DNA of 64,000 nucleotides, taken from assembly GCF_006345805.1 (NCBI RefSeq), contig NC_043017.1, positions 33,728,001-33,792,000 of the forward strand. The letters are read 5' to 3'. Numbering within the stretch: the stretch's first letter is position 1; each line of letters starts with the position of its first letter. The translations under genes and the position numbers were made by a program. The stretch comes from Octopus sinensis. Lineage: Eukaryota. A model generated the notes under the pieces. It ran no database searches and was not told the DNA's origin. It saw only the letters and a program-made list of their open reading frames with translations. Positions 37,343 through 50,785 of the stretch are shown piece after piece.

Positions 37343-37773
37343 CTCTCTTTACTCTTTTACTCTTTTACTTGTTTCAGTCATTTGACTGCGGCCATGCTGG
37401 AGCACCGCCTTTAGTCGAGCAACTCGACCCCAGGACTTATTCTTTGTAAGCCCAGTACTTATTCTATCGGTCTCTTTTGCCGAACCGCTAAGTGACGGGG
37501 ACGTAAACACACCAGCATCGGTTGTCAAGCAATGCTAGGGGGACAAACACAGATACACAAACACACACACATATATATATTATATATATATATAATATAT
37601 ATACATATATACGACAGGCTTCTTTCAGTTTCCGTCTACCAAATCCACTCACAAGGCATTGGTCGGCCCGGGCTATAGCAGAAGACACTTGCCCAAGATG
37701 CCACGCAGTGGGACTGAACCCGGAACCTTGTGGTTGGTTAGCAAGCTACTTACCACACAGCCACTCCTGCGCC
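37343..37773 (-). mobile_element. SINE family 1
   Basis: Full copy with (TACTCTTT)n tail. Confidence 0.85.
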
Positions 37774-37949
37774 TATATATTTACAGAATATATATTTTAA
37801 AAATCTGTATGTTTTGTTTGAACCAACAGATTTCATATAACAAATATTTTCTAGTGCTTGGTTGGTTCAAATTCCAGTTTAGAAACAAGGCTCTCAGCTG
37901 ATACATCATCTTTTCTAATAGAAGCAAAAAGTCTGCTATTTGCAGTAAG

Positions 37950-38121
37950 GGAGCTGGTCATTTACATCGACTTAAGTGCGCTTCTGATAATTATTTTATC
38001 GATCCCAAAAGATGAAAGGAAAAGCCGACTTCGGTGAAATTGAGCTCAGAATGTTAAGCCAGAAGAACTGCCGCTAAGCACTTTGCGAGGCGCACCAACG
38101 AGTCTGGCAGCTCGACGCCTT
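37950..38121 (-). mobile_element. SINE family 3, degraded
   Basis: TTACATCGAC...GAAAAGCCGACTTCGG...CTGGCAGCTCGACGCCTT. Confidence 0.6.
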
Positions 38122-38418
38122 CATAGTTGATATATGATAACCCAACACATATTAAGAATGAATTACAGTCGCTTTTTTTTTTCATTTTTTTTCTATATTA
38201 CAGCAAAGTGTTCCCGAAACAAAATTTTCATTATTTTACGACATTTAGCATCTACGAAGTACATAATAATGAGATCCTACACATATTTGCACTTCGATAT
38301 TCATTATAATCAATATATCTCTTCCTGTATTTGCTCAGTTATAATCATACACTAGTAGTAATAAAGATGTATACAGACGCACAATTAACGCACGCATATA
38401 TATATACATATATACATT

Positions 38419-39693
38419 CAGCGTGTGTGTCCCCCCCCCCAATGTATACACACTTTAGCAGCTGATAATTCAATTGATGCTTTTTCTTTTTTTTTCCAGA
38501 TGAAACCCATTGGAAGTAACGATGGCAGTCAGACTAATCTTTGAACAAAGGAAAGCCATTCTAAAATGATACTGGAAGTGAGAAAATGCAGTTGAAGTGC
38601 AAACACAGTGTACGAGCGAGTTTCAATCAGTTCCACCAAAGTGACTTACCATCACTCGTATTAGAGGTAAGTATGAAGCCGATGGAACTGTTCAGAATGT
38701 CCACAAGAACCGTTCCGGAAGACCACGAGCATCGACAACCCCCACGAAGCAAGAAGGTGTGCTGGAAACGTATCACCAAAGTCCAAGAATATTCTGTGTG
38801 GCAGGCGAGTCGTGAGGGAGGTATTTCAAAATCGTCTGTCCAATGCATTTTGAAGAGTTGCCAAAGGAAAAGTTACATTCCAAGATTAGTCCATGCTACT
38901 AATGACGATGGTCCAGACCGAAGAGTGCAGTATTGCGAGTGGTACTTGGCACGATGTGTAGAAGATGCACACTTTCCAACAGTCTGTGTGGAGCGATGAT
39001 ACCACATTCAAATTAAATGGTTCAATTAACTACCACATGTGCACCTACTGGGACCTGAGAAACCGCATGTTATGGTGGAACACTCTGTTAATTTGTCAGG
39101 AGTTACAGTGTGGTGTAGCTTATCATTAAGAGTATTAATTGGACCATTCCTTTTTGACGCTGCTGTGACTGGTCCCATTTAGTTGAACTTGCTGCAACAG
39201 TCTGTTATGCCAAACATTAGAGAAGACTTTAAAGATGAGGAGTTTTGTTTTCAGCAAGATGGGTAACTGCCACCCTTCCATCGCAATGTTAGATACTTCC
39301 TTGATGAGATCTTGTCAAACAGCTGGATTGGACGAAGGGGTTTCGTTGAATACCTTCTGCGTTCACCAGACCTCACACCGCTAGACATTTTTATGGGGAT
39401 ACCTAAAATACAAAGTCTACGCAATGAAACATGCAACAGTCGCTGATTTGAGAGCAGCCATTGAATGAGAATGCAGACAATTACCAAACGAATTCTTTCG
39501 TGATGTTTGCGATTCCATTGCTTCGTGTTGTAAGCAGTGCCTTGACCAGAACGGATGTCAGTTTGAAAACAGGCGTTGACAAAACAATAAAAGAATATCT
39601 GTAGATTGTATTAAAATTTGAAAATGAAATGAATTTTAATAAACACCTACTTTACAATTATTTAAAGTGTGTATACATTTTTGGGACACCCTG
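38419..39693 (+). mobile_element. DD41D (rosa/VS-type) Tc1/mariner element, pseudogenised
   Basis: WSDD...QQDG-41 aa-SPDLTPLD spacing counted by hand; right TIR AAAGTGTGTATACATTTTTGGGACACCCTG|TA; left TIR eroded. Confidence 0.85.
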
Positions 39694-41136
39694 TATATAT
39701 ATTATATATCTTTATATATATATATATATATTTGTGTGTGTGTGTGTGTGTGTGTGTGTATGCGTGTACCTGTGCTCAAAATTAATAAAAGTTTAGAAAT
39801 TACATAAAGATATCTTGCTGAAGCTTATTCATACGCTCAGAGCATAAAGAACATGTAATTACCTTTCCTGAACACTAAATGAAATTCCCATGCTTACCAG
39901 AGATATTCCTAAATATCTGTAGAGGAAGCCATCCAACAATAGAAATGTGGTCAGTTCAGTTTATGCCTGTAGTCATAATATCTACACTCCTGAAGAGGGC
40001 AAGAACTATAACACACACATCAACTTGCCTTCAGTATTCAAAATGTTCTATTAATTATATTTTATATAAATTGTCTATTTATAACATAGCTTGCGTCAGA
40101 AGAATTCAAATGAATTTAAATATTATAAACCTCACTATAATTTGAATAAGAATGTGAGAGCAAACAATTTCCTTGAATACAACGAACGTTCAAAAAAATA
40201 AAGGATCGATAAGTAACATTGACGAGGTTGTTCGGAGTAATAAACTTCATTTCTTTTGATTGTGGCCAATCCAACGGTGTTGTTCGCCATGAGTTATTGC
40301 GAATAATAATGGCTTCTAATTTTAGAAAAAAATCTTAACAATTTTGTGTGGAGGGTGCTAGTCATTTTCATCAACGCTAGTATATTTTATTTCATCCACC
40401 TTAGATAGATGAAAGGCAAAATTGACGGCGCAGTTTTCGACGATCTACTGATTTTGTCACCTCGCTGCCTCACCATTGGAATTAAAAATTCCTGATATCA
40501 TTCATCTGTAATACTAACTGTAAGATTGAGTTGATATACTGATTATATTGATGTTTATATACCTATGTGTCATTCATTAGTCTACGGGTCTTCTTGTACG
40601 TGTCATAACCAGAGAGCTGTTAGCGATAACCATATAGGCCAGTAGAGCTTCCAGTTGATCTGATCGTCGCAGACAAAATTCCAATACCACTTGGAGGAAG
40701 GAATGATTGTTGTAATCAAAGTCTATAAAACAGTGGGTAAATTCTGGAGTCAGTAATGTGCAAAGTGAATCTGCATATTGCTGTGTGTTTACGCGTGTAT
40801 ATCAATACAGATGATAGAAGGATATCTCATTCAAAACATGCATTGCTTTTTTTTCTGACCTTTTAGCTTGTTGCTAGCTAAACAGTTTCAAGCATTTAAA
40901 AGTGGCTCTCGTATTGTAGAAGAATATGTGTAGTGTGTTTTACTGTGTGGTACTTTTGCATCTCATAATTTGTTTATGCAGCATTCGAACACAGGCAGTG
41001 GTTCCTTCGTTGTAGCTGTCAGCATGTCAGAAGCATTTGCTAAATTGGAAAACACTTTCACTTCCATAGTTTTCTAGACGATGAACGCCATAAAACCAGT
41101 TGGTGTGAGGGTTCCTTAGCTGCTGTCACAGCATAC

Positions 41137-41480
41137 TTCAAGACGGATGGTGGTGACCCCCTTCGGTCAGACACTGACCATGGGTTTGCACCTAGAGAGT
41201 TACCCTCTGAGGCACAAGTCTGGGCAAGGTTGTTTTATGGAAGACCAGCAGTCGCCCATGCATACCAGCCTCCTCTCCACGCCACCAGTGTTATCCAAGG
41301 GAAAGGCAACGGCCGATACAGCTTGGCACCAGTGACGTCGCAACTCATTTCTACAGCTGAGTGAACTGGAGCAACGTGAAATAAAGGTGTCTTGCTCAAG
41401 AACACAACACGCAGCCCGGTCCGGGATTCGAGCTCACAACCTCACGATCGTAAGCTCGACGCTCTAACCACTGAGCCACG
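41137..41480 (-). mobile_element. tRNA-related SINE, family 4
   Basis: Minus head CGTGGCTCAGTGGTTAGAGCG...CTCGAATCCCGG, TGTGTTCTTGAGCAAGACAC box, unrelated tail. Confidence 0.8.
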
Positions 41481-42103
41481 ATACACTAATGTTAAACCAG
41501 TAGCTTCACGTTATTATTTTATTCGGCCTCTTTGTAAGTGAAGAGTAGCATTGTTTGTTACATCCTTTCAATCGACTGCTCACGGAGTCACAGGATTTCT
41601 GTAAAGTTGAGAGTGAGAAAGCGATGCCTGATATAACAGTTGCTAGAGAACAAAATTCCCTGGCTTCGTTCGTAACCCGGTTTTATGGTTTGTTTAGTAC
41701 CCACGACTCCGCCATTGTATCACGACATCTGTAAAGTTCTATATCTACATACATACGTCCATACATCTTGATCGATCCAGCTTCATAGACGAATGTTGTT
41801 TCTTTGGCTTTCCCGTTGTTAAACAGATATTTTACTTGCCGTTCATGACCTCTCAGTCGGCTGTTCAATTCCGCTGCTGATCTGCATGGTTTAAAGTATA
41901 AACAAAGACGAAAGTTCTAACCTACTGAGTAATTTCAACTGGTAGGGTTTGTACATGTCACCATTTTTCCATTGCCATGGAATGGCAAATGAGGTTACAA
42001 TAAAGAGGTATCTGACGTGAACGGATTATATTGATAAACTCTTGTACAATACGAGGAGTCTTCGTGATTAATACCAAGTGACAGGCCGAAGCGAGATGAC
42101 CAA

Positions 42104-42287
42104 TGCAAAATATTCAATCTGCCTCTATAAGGACTGCCGTGAGCAGTCAGTTAAAAGAATGTAACACATAATTCGGCTGTTCACTTACAAAGAGGCATAA
42201 TAAAATAAATAAATAAATATACATGAAAATGAAATAAACTAGGCGATAAATCGACAATCGTTACAGAGGCAGATTGAATATTTTGCA
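42104..42287. repeat. 23-bp perfect inverted repeat around a ~140-bp spacer
   Basis: TGCAAAATATTCAATCTGCCTCT / AGAGGCAGATTGAATATTTTGCA. Confidence 0.7.
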
Positions 42288-43389
42288 CTATTTCATGTGG
42301 TCCTTTGCACTCTAAGCTGAAATCATTCTGAAGACAAATTTACCTTTTTCCAGATACAATATATAATAGACGAGCCAGTATAACGGGTGAAAGTAATCTA
42401 AATACTGGTACTGTTTTATAAGTCACGGAATAATATAATATGAAGGTCAACTTGATAGGAAAATATTCAAGTACTAAACAACTACACGTAAATAATCTTT
42501 GCTGTTCTCTCTTTTTTTCTTTACGACAGCTCCATTCCCTAAACGTTAGAAATGTATTGACGAATATTAGTAGGTTATTTTTCTTTATTATTTTCTTTAT
42601 TACTTCAGAAACTTATTTTCTTTCTTGATTGTAAGAACGTTATCTATTGATCAGGAAAAGAGAAACAAACAGCGAAAATCAGTGTTAACATCTAGTCGTA
42701 GAAAAACACGTAATCCCCTCTGGTCAATTGGCATTATCATATGGCAGAGGCAAAATAACAGGGTAATTGACTGTCAAAAATATTTATGTTGCGAAGTCGT
42801 ATCGATTTTTCAAAATTTTCGCACAGATAAAGACGAAATTCTGGAAGAAAATATCAGTGTTATATCGATAAATACATCAGCTTCGGAAGGTAAAAATAAT
42901 AGGAAACATCTTCATCACCAGCTGACAGTAAGCCTTCATATTTGTTTGTTTCACTTCCTATCACATTTTATCAGGGTTGTTTTGTAAATTGCTTTTCATA
43001 ATAAACATTATTATATAGTTTAATGAAATCACCGGTTAATTTTCATCATGCCCTAACAAATCAGACTCGCATAAATTTGCTTTCACACACCAGAAGATTA
43101 AGATTTGGGTTATAATACACATGCGGTCTGTACTTCCCTAACAGGGGTCAGCTTAATAAATGAATGTTACTGAAACACTGAACCTGTATCGCTGGAACAT
43201 ACCTTTCGTTTCAAGGGGCTTGACGCAGCACGAAGGTGACTTCTCCTTTTATTTGGCTGAATAATAAAACATATCTGTCTTTACAATTTAGTTTTCAGAT
43301 TATCATTTCTAAGAATGACGATCAAACTATTTCGTTTCTGGATTTGGTTTGCAAGATTCTTTATATGAGTTTGTGTGTTGAAGCATATT

Positions 43390-43665
43390 CTGTGGTGCCT
43401 GGGGAGAGTCATTTTCTTTTTGTGCCTTACAATCTAACACACTCACCGGTAAAATTTCCACTTTTTTCTTATTTTTATCTTCCTAAAATTTTCGTTTCGT
43501 CTTGCAACCTTTTCAATAGTTTTCAAGAGTCAAAACTATTGAAAAGGTTGCAAGGCGCAACGAAAATTTTAAGACAATAAAAATAAGAAAAAAGTGGAAA
43601 TTTTACCGGTGAGTGTGTTACATAATAAGGCAAAAACAGAAAATCACTCTCCCCAGGCACCACAG
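43390..43665. mobile_element. Fold-back MITE-like element (276 bp), diverged arms
   Basis: CTGTGGTGCCTGGGGAGAGT... / ...ACTCTCCCCAGGCACCACAG; ~135-bp arms with scattered substitutions. Confidence 0.75.
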
Positions 43666-44899
43666 GATCAAACTCTTTTGATACATCTAAGATGGGGTTC
43701 GTCTGAAATAAATACAAATATTCTTCTTAAAAAGATGATTCCCAATGTGTTCTTCTCTCTGTCTGTTTCTATGTGCGTGTGTACAAATGCTTGCATATTC
43801 ACAAAAGATACGCACACATATATGCACGTATGTATTTATGTATGTATATCTGTGCGAATGTGTGCGTGTGCGCACGCGAGGGTTATTGTAATTTCTTTTC
43901 ATTGCGGGTCTCTTCTCCTCTATTACGAATGCTTACCTTTCCAGTAATTGCTAAGCTCTTGAATTTTTATGAATTCGCAGAATGCCAGCACTAAAATTGA
44001 TTGGTGTTGCTTTCTTATTACCCAAATCATTTCAGTTTCCTTTTTTTCTTTTGCATCACATTATCTAAAATAATTATAATTAATGAAAATAACTTTTATA
44101 CCCCAGAATCAAAATAATATTGCCCTAGTAAGCTATATAATCGCAGCAATTTACATATTAATTGTGTGCGAATATCATAACATATTGGGCCGTGCATTAT
44201 CTTTATCTCTGTTGTTCAGGTATCGTTTCCCTTCTTTGAAATGTTTAAGAAATCTCCCTGTCCGATTCTGTATTATACCAGCAAAAATTAAATTCAGTAA
44301 AGAGTTCTAGTTTGGAATCAACAGTGCGATCAATTCAATGCTGTGTAACAATGCCTATTTATTTTCATGACCAATTTTTTTACTTGTTTCGTCTGCCAGA
44401 TGTACACTAACAATCTCTGACAGAACATGGTCATTAGGTTCGGGTCATCAGAATATATAACGATTATGAGGCAGCCAGTGAAGCGAGATATTCATCTGAA
44501 GCTTTAAGTTCCCTCAAAACAATTTTTGTGAAGTAGGTAGAAAAAAATGATGTCTTATTCATACGCATATTTTGAACTAGTCCGTTTACTAACCACCCTT
44601 AATCACGATGCACTTTGTGTTGTGGAAAATAAAATTACCTATTAATTCTACCTGTATTAATTAATTCTACCTCTATTAATCAGAACATGCTACCCTATTG
44701 ACATTAATTCTATCTCTATTAATTAGGACATAAAACACGTCATAACGGTAATAACAATATAAATTTTAGTTCGAATAACAATATTAAATCGAAAAATGTA
44801 ACTTTGTAGCGTAAGGAAGATAACCGTTCTTTAAGTCCCTTTATACGTAATAAAAGTAAATCTAGGAATTTTAAGATATTTACCCTAATACCAAGCTAT

Positions 44900-46010
44900 G
44901 TCCAAGTAAAATTGTTTGGTTGATAATTCCATATGCTAAACAGATCAAGTCCAGCCTCCCTTACTAGTTTCATGAAACTATAGATAAGAATTTCTCAAAA
45001 AATTCAAGACACCATTCTATTACCAATTCACATCGAATTAGAATGGGGTTTTCAAACACTGAAAATCTTTCGCAAATAATCTCTTCTCTTTAACAATAAG
45101 TTGTTAACTACAAATCCACTTATAAAACTAATAACATTGATATTATTAACACTAACAATTCTTTTAACGATAATAACAACAATATTTGTATTTCTGATAT
45201 AAATTCGAATCGCATTCGTTTCCTTAGCAATAATTCTAAGACTAGAAACTCTGGTTATCAGTGTAAAGTTACTTCCAGTTCTGATTACTTTTTTTTTACA
45301 TAGATAGTTCTTCATCTCTCTTGTCGAAAAGAATATCTAACCATTACTCTACATTTAGATGTATTAATAAACGCAACAGTACTGGGCGTAGTACATTAAT
45401 TTGGTCTCTAAAGGAACATAATAATCAATTTGATTTGGAATGGAATATCATATCTAGATCAATTACATATGATAAAGGTAAATCTTTTTGTCTGCTCTGT
45501 AACGAAGAACAATACCTCATGCTGTTCTCGGAGAATTCTCTTGGAAACACGTTTAACGAACGCGTTAATCGTTGCAAACATTGGTAAAACACCTTTAGTT
45601 CCTATAAGATATTTCTACCAATCTATAAAATTCGACCTTTGACTGTCTTCTTACATTTCATTTCCACTGCATATATATATTTCCACGATTTTAAACTTTA
45701 TTCCCATTCATTTTCTTCACGCTTAATTTTCTGTTAATTTCTTTATTTCTCCTCCTTCTCTTTCTCTAAATTGCCTTTGTATTTAAATCTATTAACGTTT
45801 TTTTTTTAAATAACTTGCTAGCGTTCCCCTTAATCATATATGCAGTAATCACATTCGGTTAAAATGTTTTATTGATGTATTGTGTTTCACTTTTTTCCAC
45901 TGATTAGATGATTGCATTGTATTACATCATTTTTACTCCTTCCAGAATAATATCAATGTTTTCTTCGAAACATATGTCGGAAGTGTAAAGATATGAATAA
46001 CACTCCATTT
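44900..46010 (+). mobile_element. PLE 3' portion (linker, GIY-YIG endonuclease remnant, pLTR), Neptune/Naiad-like
   Basis: WLIIPYAK...IDKNF...YQCKVT...KRISNHYSTFR...WSLKE...WNII...CLLCNEE...RCKH; pLTR with GAAACATATGTC. Confidence 0.85.
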
Positions 46011-46056
46011 CTTAATATCTTATATATATATATATAAATATATATATTGGTATATC

Positions 46057-46103
<47 letters not shown>

Positions 46104-46137
46104 GATATATGTATGTATACACACACACACACACACG

Positions 46138-46190
<53 letters not shown>

Positions 46191-46976
46191 ATGTATGTAT
46201 GTAGTATGTATGTATGTATGTATTTGTGTGGGGGTGTGCTTGTGTGTGTGGAGGATGTAGAGATAAATATACTGGAATACTTAGTATTTGTAAGGCAGTT
46301 AATCTTGTACAACTTAGATATTTACATTTTCTTTCTTAGCGTATCAGAACGGTATAGGCTTCACTTTATACATTGCAAATGTGAGATATCGTTTTACCTC
46401 AATTATCTTTGGGAATTACAATGTTAGTAATTTCTTACAACTCAATATATTAGACATAGCTCCAAATCCCTCCCGTTTTCTTAAATCAAGATATATACTA
46501 TCGCATGATTTCCAACTGTGACAATATACAACAATAATTACTTCTGAATATATCCGTCTACATCATAAATCTATTAAGCTCAGGGGACATAATTTATCCT
46601 GAAATCAATGGTTATTAACAACAATTGAAAGAAATTACATCACCTATAATTTCAAATTCTTTTATTATTATCAAACTGAGATATTTATATTCTCAGGATT
46701 TCAAATCGACTTCGCTATATCTTCTGGAGAAAACATAACACAAAATATTTATAAATGGTATGTAATGAATTATGGTCACCATCATAAATTAATTCGGCCA
46801 CATGTGAAAGAAGTCTTTGAATTCTTACACGTAAGATTAGATTAGATATTTTACTTGAGGTAGATGGGGCTATTCATCGATTGAGGATTCTTTGAAAAAT
46901 TCCCCAAAAGACGAAACATGACCACTTAAACATAATGTTTTCTCTTCGTGCAACTCACCCAATCTAAAATATTGAA

Positions 46977-47046
<70 letters not shown>

Positions 47047-47104
47047 GCGTTTGTCACTTCGTTTTGCAAGATTCCTAAGATGTGAGATCGTGTGTTGAAA
47101 CAGA

Positions 47105-47607
47105 TATTGTTGTATTTCAGGGTGGCCATTTTTTTTTTCAAAAATAAACACAAGTATTATATATATTTTTTCTTCACTCGTTTATTACTGTTCTTATTTT
47201 ATTATTTTAACTCCTGTTCATTGGGCGGAAATCTTTCGTCACACATTTGTGACCTCTTCAGCTACACTTTTCGTTTTCGTATGTGTTCTTGCTCCACTTA
47301 CTCCATTCTCTTCTTCTAAGACGTGTATTGTTATGTGTGCACGCGTGTGAGTATATGTGTGTAGATGCGCGTGTGTGTCTTAGATTTTAGGAGCAGTGTG
47401 GCTATCTTCTCAGCCCCATCGTCTTACCCCATAACGCTGCTGTTATCCTAAGTTCCGAAAAAAATTTATGGTACAGTTCCTGTATGTCACTGTGTACGTG
47501 TGTTCGCCCACGGTATTGCTATCATGGTCATGCTGCTGCTATTGCCAATATATAATGGGTGTGTTTATTGAGAAAAAGAAAAGTGACTGTCCCGAAATAC
47601 AACAATA
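47105..47607. mobile_element. Possible old TA-flanked MITE with ~47-bp diverged TIRs
   Basis: TATTGTTGTATTTCAGGG...AAATAAACAC vs GTGTTTATTG...CCCGAAATACAACAATA. Confidence 0.4.
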
Positions 47608-48013
47608 TATATATATATATATCTATATATATATATATATTATATATATATATATAATATATATAATATAGTGTATATTTAACACATAAGGAGTTCACTT
47701 ATAGGAATTCAACATGCTAGAAAGAACAGCTAGGTTCTATTACCACAAAAATTAGGGATAAAATTCGACAGCAATGAATTGAAAAATGAAAAACATTTTA
47801 CCATCTAGTTTCCTGGACAAATTGGTTCTGATTTTAGTTTAGCGAGTCAAAGAACTCGCTAGGTGCTATCTTCTTCAGCAGGATTACCTAGGGTTAAACG
47901 TATTCACACGGGACGATCAAAACTACTTGTCCAGTGTTTATACGTCCTACCTTTTTCAAAATCTACTGCGCAGCCACAGTCCTTCGCCGGCATAAAAAAA
48001 CGCCACGGGACAA

Positions 48014-48050
<37 letters not shown>

Positions 48051-48409
48051 GGTAGTTAGGATAAATCCCAGCTGTTTCCTCTTGAAGTATATCTGCTTAT
48101 TCCATTATCATAGTCAATATGTGCCATATTTGGAGTTGAATGCAAATCACGACTCCCATTAAAATTGAGAATTGGAAAAATATTATTTGCAGAGATCTTG
48201 AATAACAAAGCAGGAAAACGGAATATTTTTGCTGTTTTTATTCTCCATTACAGGTGTTTCATTTGCTAAAGGAAAAAACATTTACATGTTATATAGACAT
48301 GTAAAGGATGGATTTCCTATTTCCAAATCTTGAGACAGACTCACACACACAGGCACACATACACGTACATATATACAGATGTACGCCCGTACATACATAC
48401 TACTTGCAT

Positions 48410-49312
48410 ATGGTTGAGGAATGTTTCCCCAAACAAGCTCTTCGATCTTTTGTGATGTGATCTTCTCAGTGTGGGGTCGCACATTGTCCTGGTGAAACAT
48501 CACTCCTTTTCGATTCACTGAAGCGGGTCTTTTTTCTTCAAACGCTCTAATTGCTGACAGTAGACTTGAGCATTGATTGTTGCCTTAGTCAAAGTGAATT
48601 TTTCCTTTGCAATCCCACCAGTTAGAGAGACGAGCCTTTTTCTCATGAAGTTCCCGTCTCGGTTGTGGTTGAGCTTTTTCCCTTTTACCAACCCACTGTA
48701 TACTACGTTTAACTTTTCACTAGAAGATTCATTTTTCGTGACCAGTCACGAGTCTATCTTAAAAGGGTGAAAAGATTTCGCGAGAATGGAGAGAAGAGCA
48801 GATGTCAACACGGGACTTGAGGTTGCTTTCGGACAATTCATGAGGCACCCATTTTCCAAGTTTGGGAACCTTTCCAAGTTGTTGAAGATGACGATGAACA
48901 GTCGTATGATTTGATCTAAGCTTTATTGCCAATTCTTCAACTGTTAATGCAAGATTTTCTTCAAATAATGCCTTAAGGAGTTTATCATCAAACTCAACTG
49001 CATGTCCTGTTCGATCGTTATCTTCAAATCTGAAATCTCCACTTCTGAATTTTACAAACCATCTTCTGCAAGCTCTTTCACTCAAGCATTCTTTCCCATA
49101 AACTGAATGTTTGTTTCGAGTCGCATCGGCTGAAAAGTTTCCTTTTTAGTACTCATAAAGCATTATGTACCTGAAATGCTCTTTGGATACTTTCTTGTTA
49201 GTGTTTTGAGCAAAATTTAATTCCATTATTCTGTAAAATAATATTTAATTAGTTTAAATTAAATTTCATTCAATTTTAAAAAAGGTAAAATCGACAAATA
49301 AGGGACCTGATA
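48410..49312 (-). mobile_element. Mariner remnant, 3' truncated
   Basis: SERACRRWFVKFRSGDF...GKWVPHEL...FHQDNVRPH, breaks just before the YSPDL motif; one TIR-like end TATCAGGTCCC at 49312. Confidence 0.9.
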
Positions 49313-49374
49313 TTATATATATATTATATATATATCCTATATATATATATATATATATCATATATATATATATC

Positions 49375-50213
49375 ATCACAATCAAGGAACGGCCATAATA
49401 GGCCATTCACCCACTAGAAATAACTGCCAAAGCTTCAACCGCAAAATAACATTAATTCCGCAAACCAGGAGAAAATTAAAAAACATTTACCCTGTAGTTT
49501 CTTATACGATGCACCGTTTCATCTATTGTTTAATGGTAAACTAACCTGATTAAATTAAATCAAGCCAATCTTCCATAGGCCGATAGATTCGTCAGTAAGA
49601 AGCAGCCAGATCGGAACAGATATTATCACGAGGCACTTCCATCCCTGCCTCGGCAATATCTGACCTAAAATTTTCAAATCATCGCACTCGCGCCAAATTT
49701 ATCGGCAGCAAATAAATATAAGCCGCCGATTCCATTACGGAATAACCAGAAAATTCATAATTAATCAATATAGGGTGGCAAAAAATTTTGTAGAATTTTT
49801 TTGCCACCAGCGGCCTAGTGGGAAAAAATTAAATAGTCATAGACCATTTATAAGTTCAACATCACAATCAAGGAACGGCCATAATAGGCCATTCACCCAC
49901 TAGAAATAAACAGCAAAGCTTCAACGCAAATAAACATTAATTCCGCAAACCAGGAGAGAAAAATTAAAAAACATTTACCCTGTAGTTTCTTATACGATGC
50001 ACCGTTTCATCTATTGTTTAATGGTAAACTAACCTGATTAAATTGCGGTTGAAGCTTTGGCTGTTATTTCTAGTGGGTGAATGGCCTATTATGGCCGTTC
50101 CTTGATTGTGATGTTGAACTTATAAATGGTCTATGACAATTTAATTTTTTCCCACTAGGCCGCTGGTGGCAAAAAAATTCTACAAAATTTTTTGCCACCC
50201 TATATTGATTAAT
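49375..50213. mobile_element. Second tandem plus inverted array of the HHR-bearing unit (486-bp period), diverged homolog of 16703-17983
   Basis: ATCACAATCAAGG at 49375 and 49861; inversion starts at 50045; ends ...CCCTATATTGATTAAT(AT)n. Confidence 0.85.
49499..49601 (-). ncRNA. Type I hammerhead ribozyme, canonical
   Basis: TTCTTA CTGACGA ATCTAT...ATAGAT GAAAC GGTGCATC GTA TAAGAA: 6-bp stems I and II, GUA site. Confidence 0.85.
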
Positions 50214-50435
50214 ATATATATATATATATATAATAACAATTTAATAAATAAAACATATGCATACATACATACATATATGTACATACCTACATCTATATGT
50301 ATATATACATGCATATATGAGTACAGGACACCACAAATAAACGTAGAACACAACGAGAAACGAAAACATAAAACAAAACAAGGAAACGGACTTTTTTTAA
50401 CAACGAAAAAACAGAGTACAAGACAAACAACACAA

Positions 50436-50472
<37 letters not shown>

Positions 50473-50647
50473 ATAAATATTAGGGAATAAATCCAAATTT
50501 ACAGGGAAAAATCAGATTTAGGATTAAATCCAATTTTATAGTAAAATATTATATAATATTAATTCGAGACAAAACCACTATTTTGCAAAACAAACAAGGA
50601 AAGACTTAATCAATACATAAACATTTTTAATATAAAGAAATAAACCG

Positions 50648-50690
50648 CCACTACAATCGTTTCATGTCTTCAATGACATTCGTCAGGTGG
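50648..50690 (-). ncRNA. Minimal type I hammerhead ribozyme
   Basis: Reverse complement of 50743-50785. Confidence 0.8.
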
Positions 50691-50742
50691 AATTTCGATC
50701 TCCTAATCTGTTTAATTTAAAACAGATTAGGAGATCGAAATT

Positions 50743-50785
50743 CCACCTGACGAATGTCATTGAAGACATGAAACGATTGTAGTGG
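50743..50785 (+). ncRNA. Minimal type I hammerhead ribozyme
   Basis: CCAC CTGACGA ATGTC ATTGAA GACAT GAAAC GATT GTA GTGG. Confidence 0.8.

Noticed and set aside
47760-47890. CTGAAGA...GAAAC...GTA on the minus strand
   Set aside because: Stem I does not pair; at best a decayed HHR remnant.
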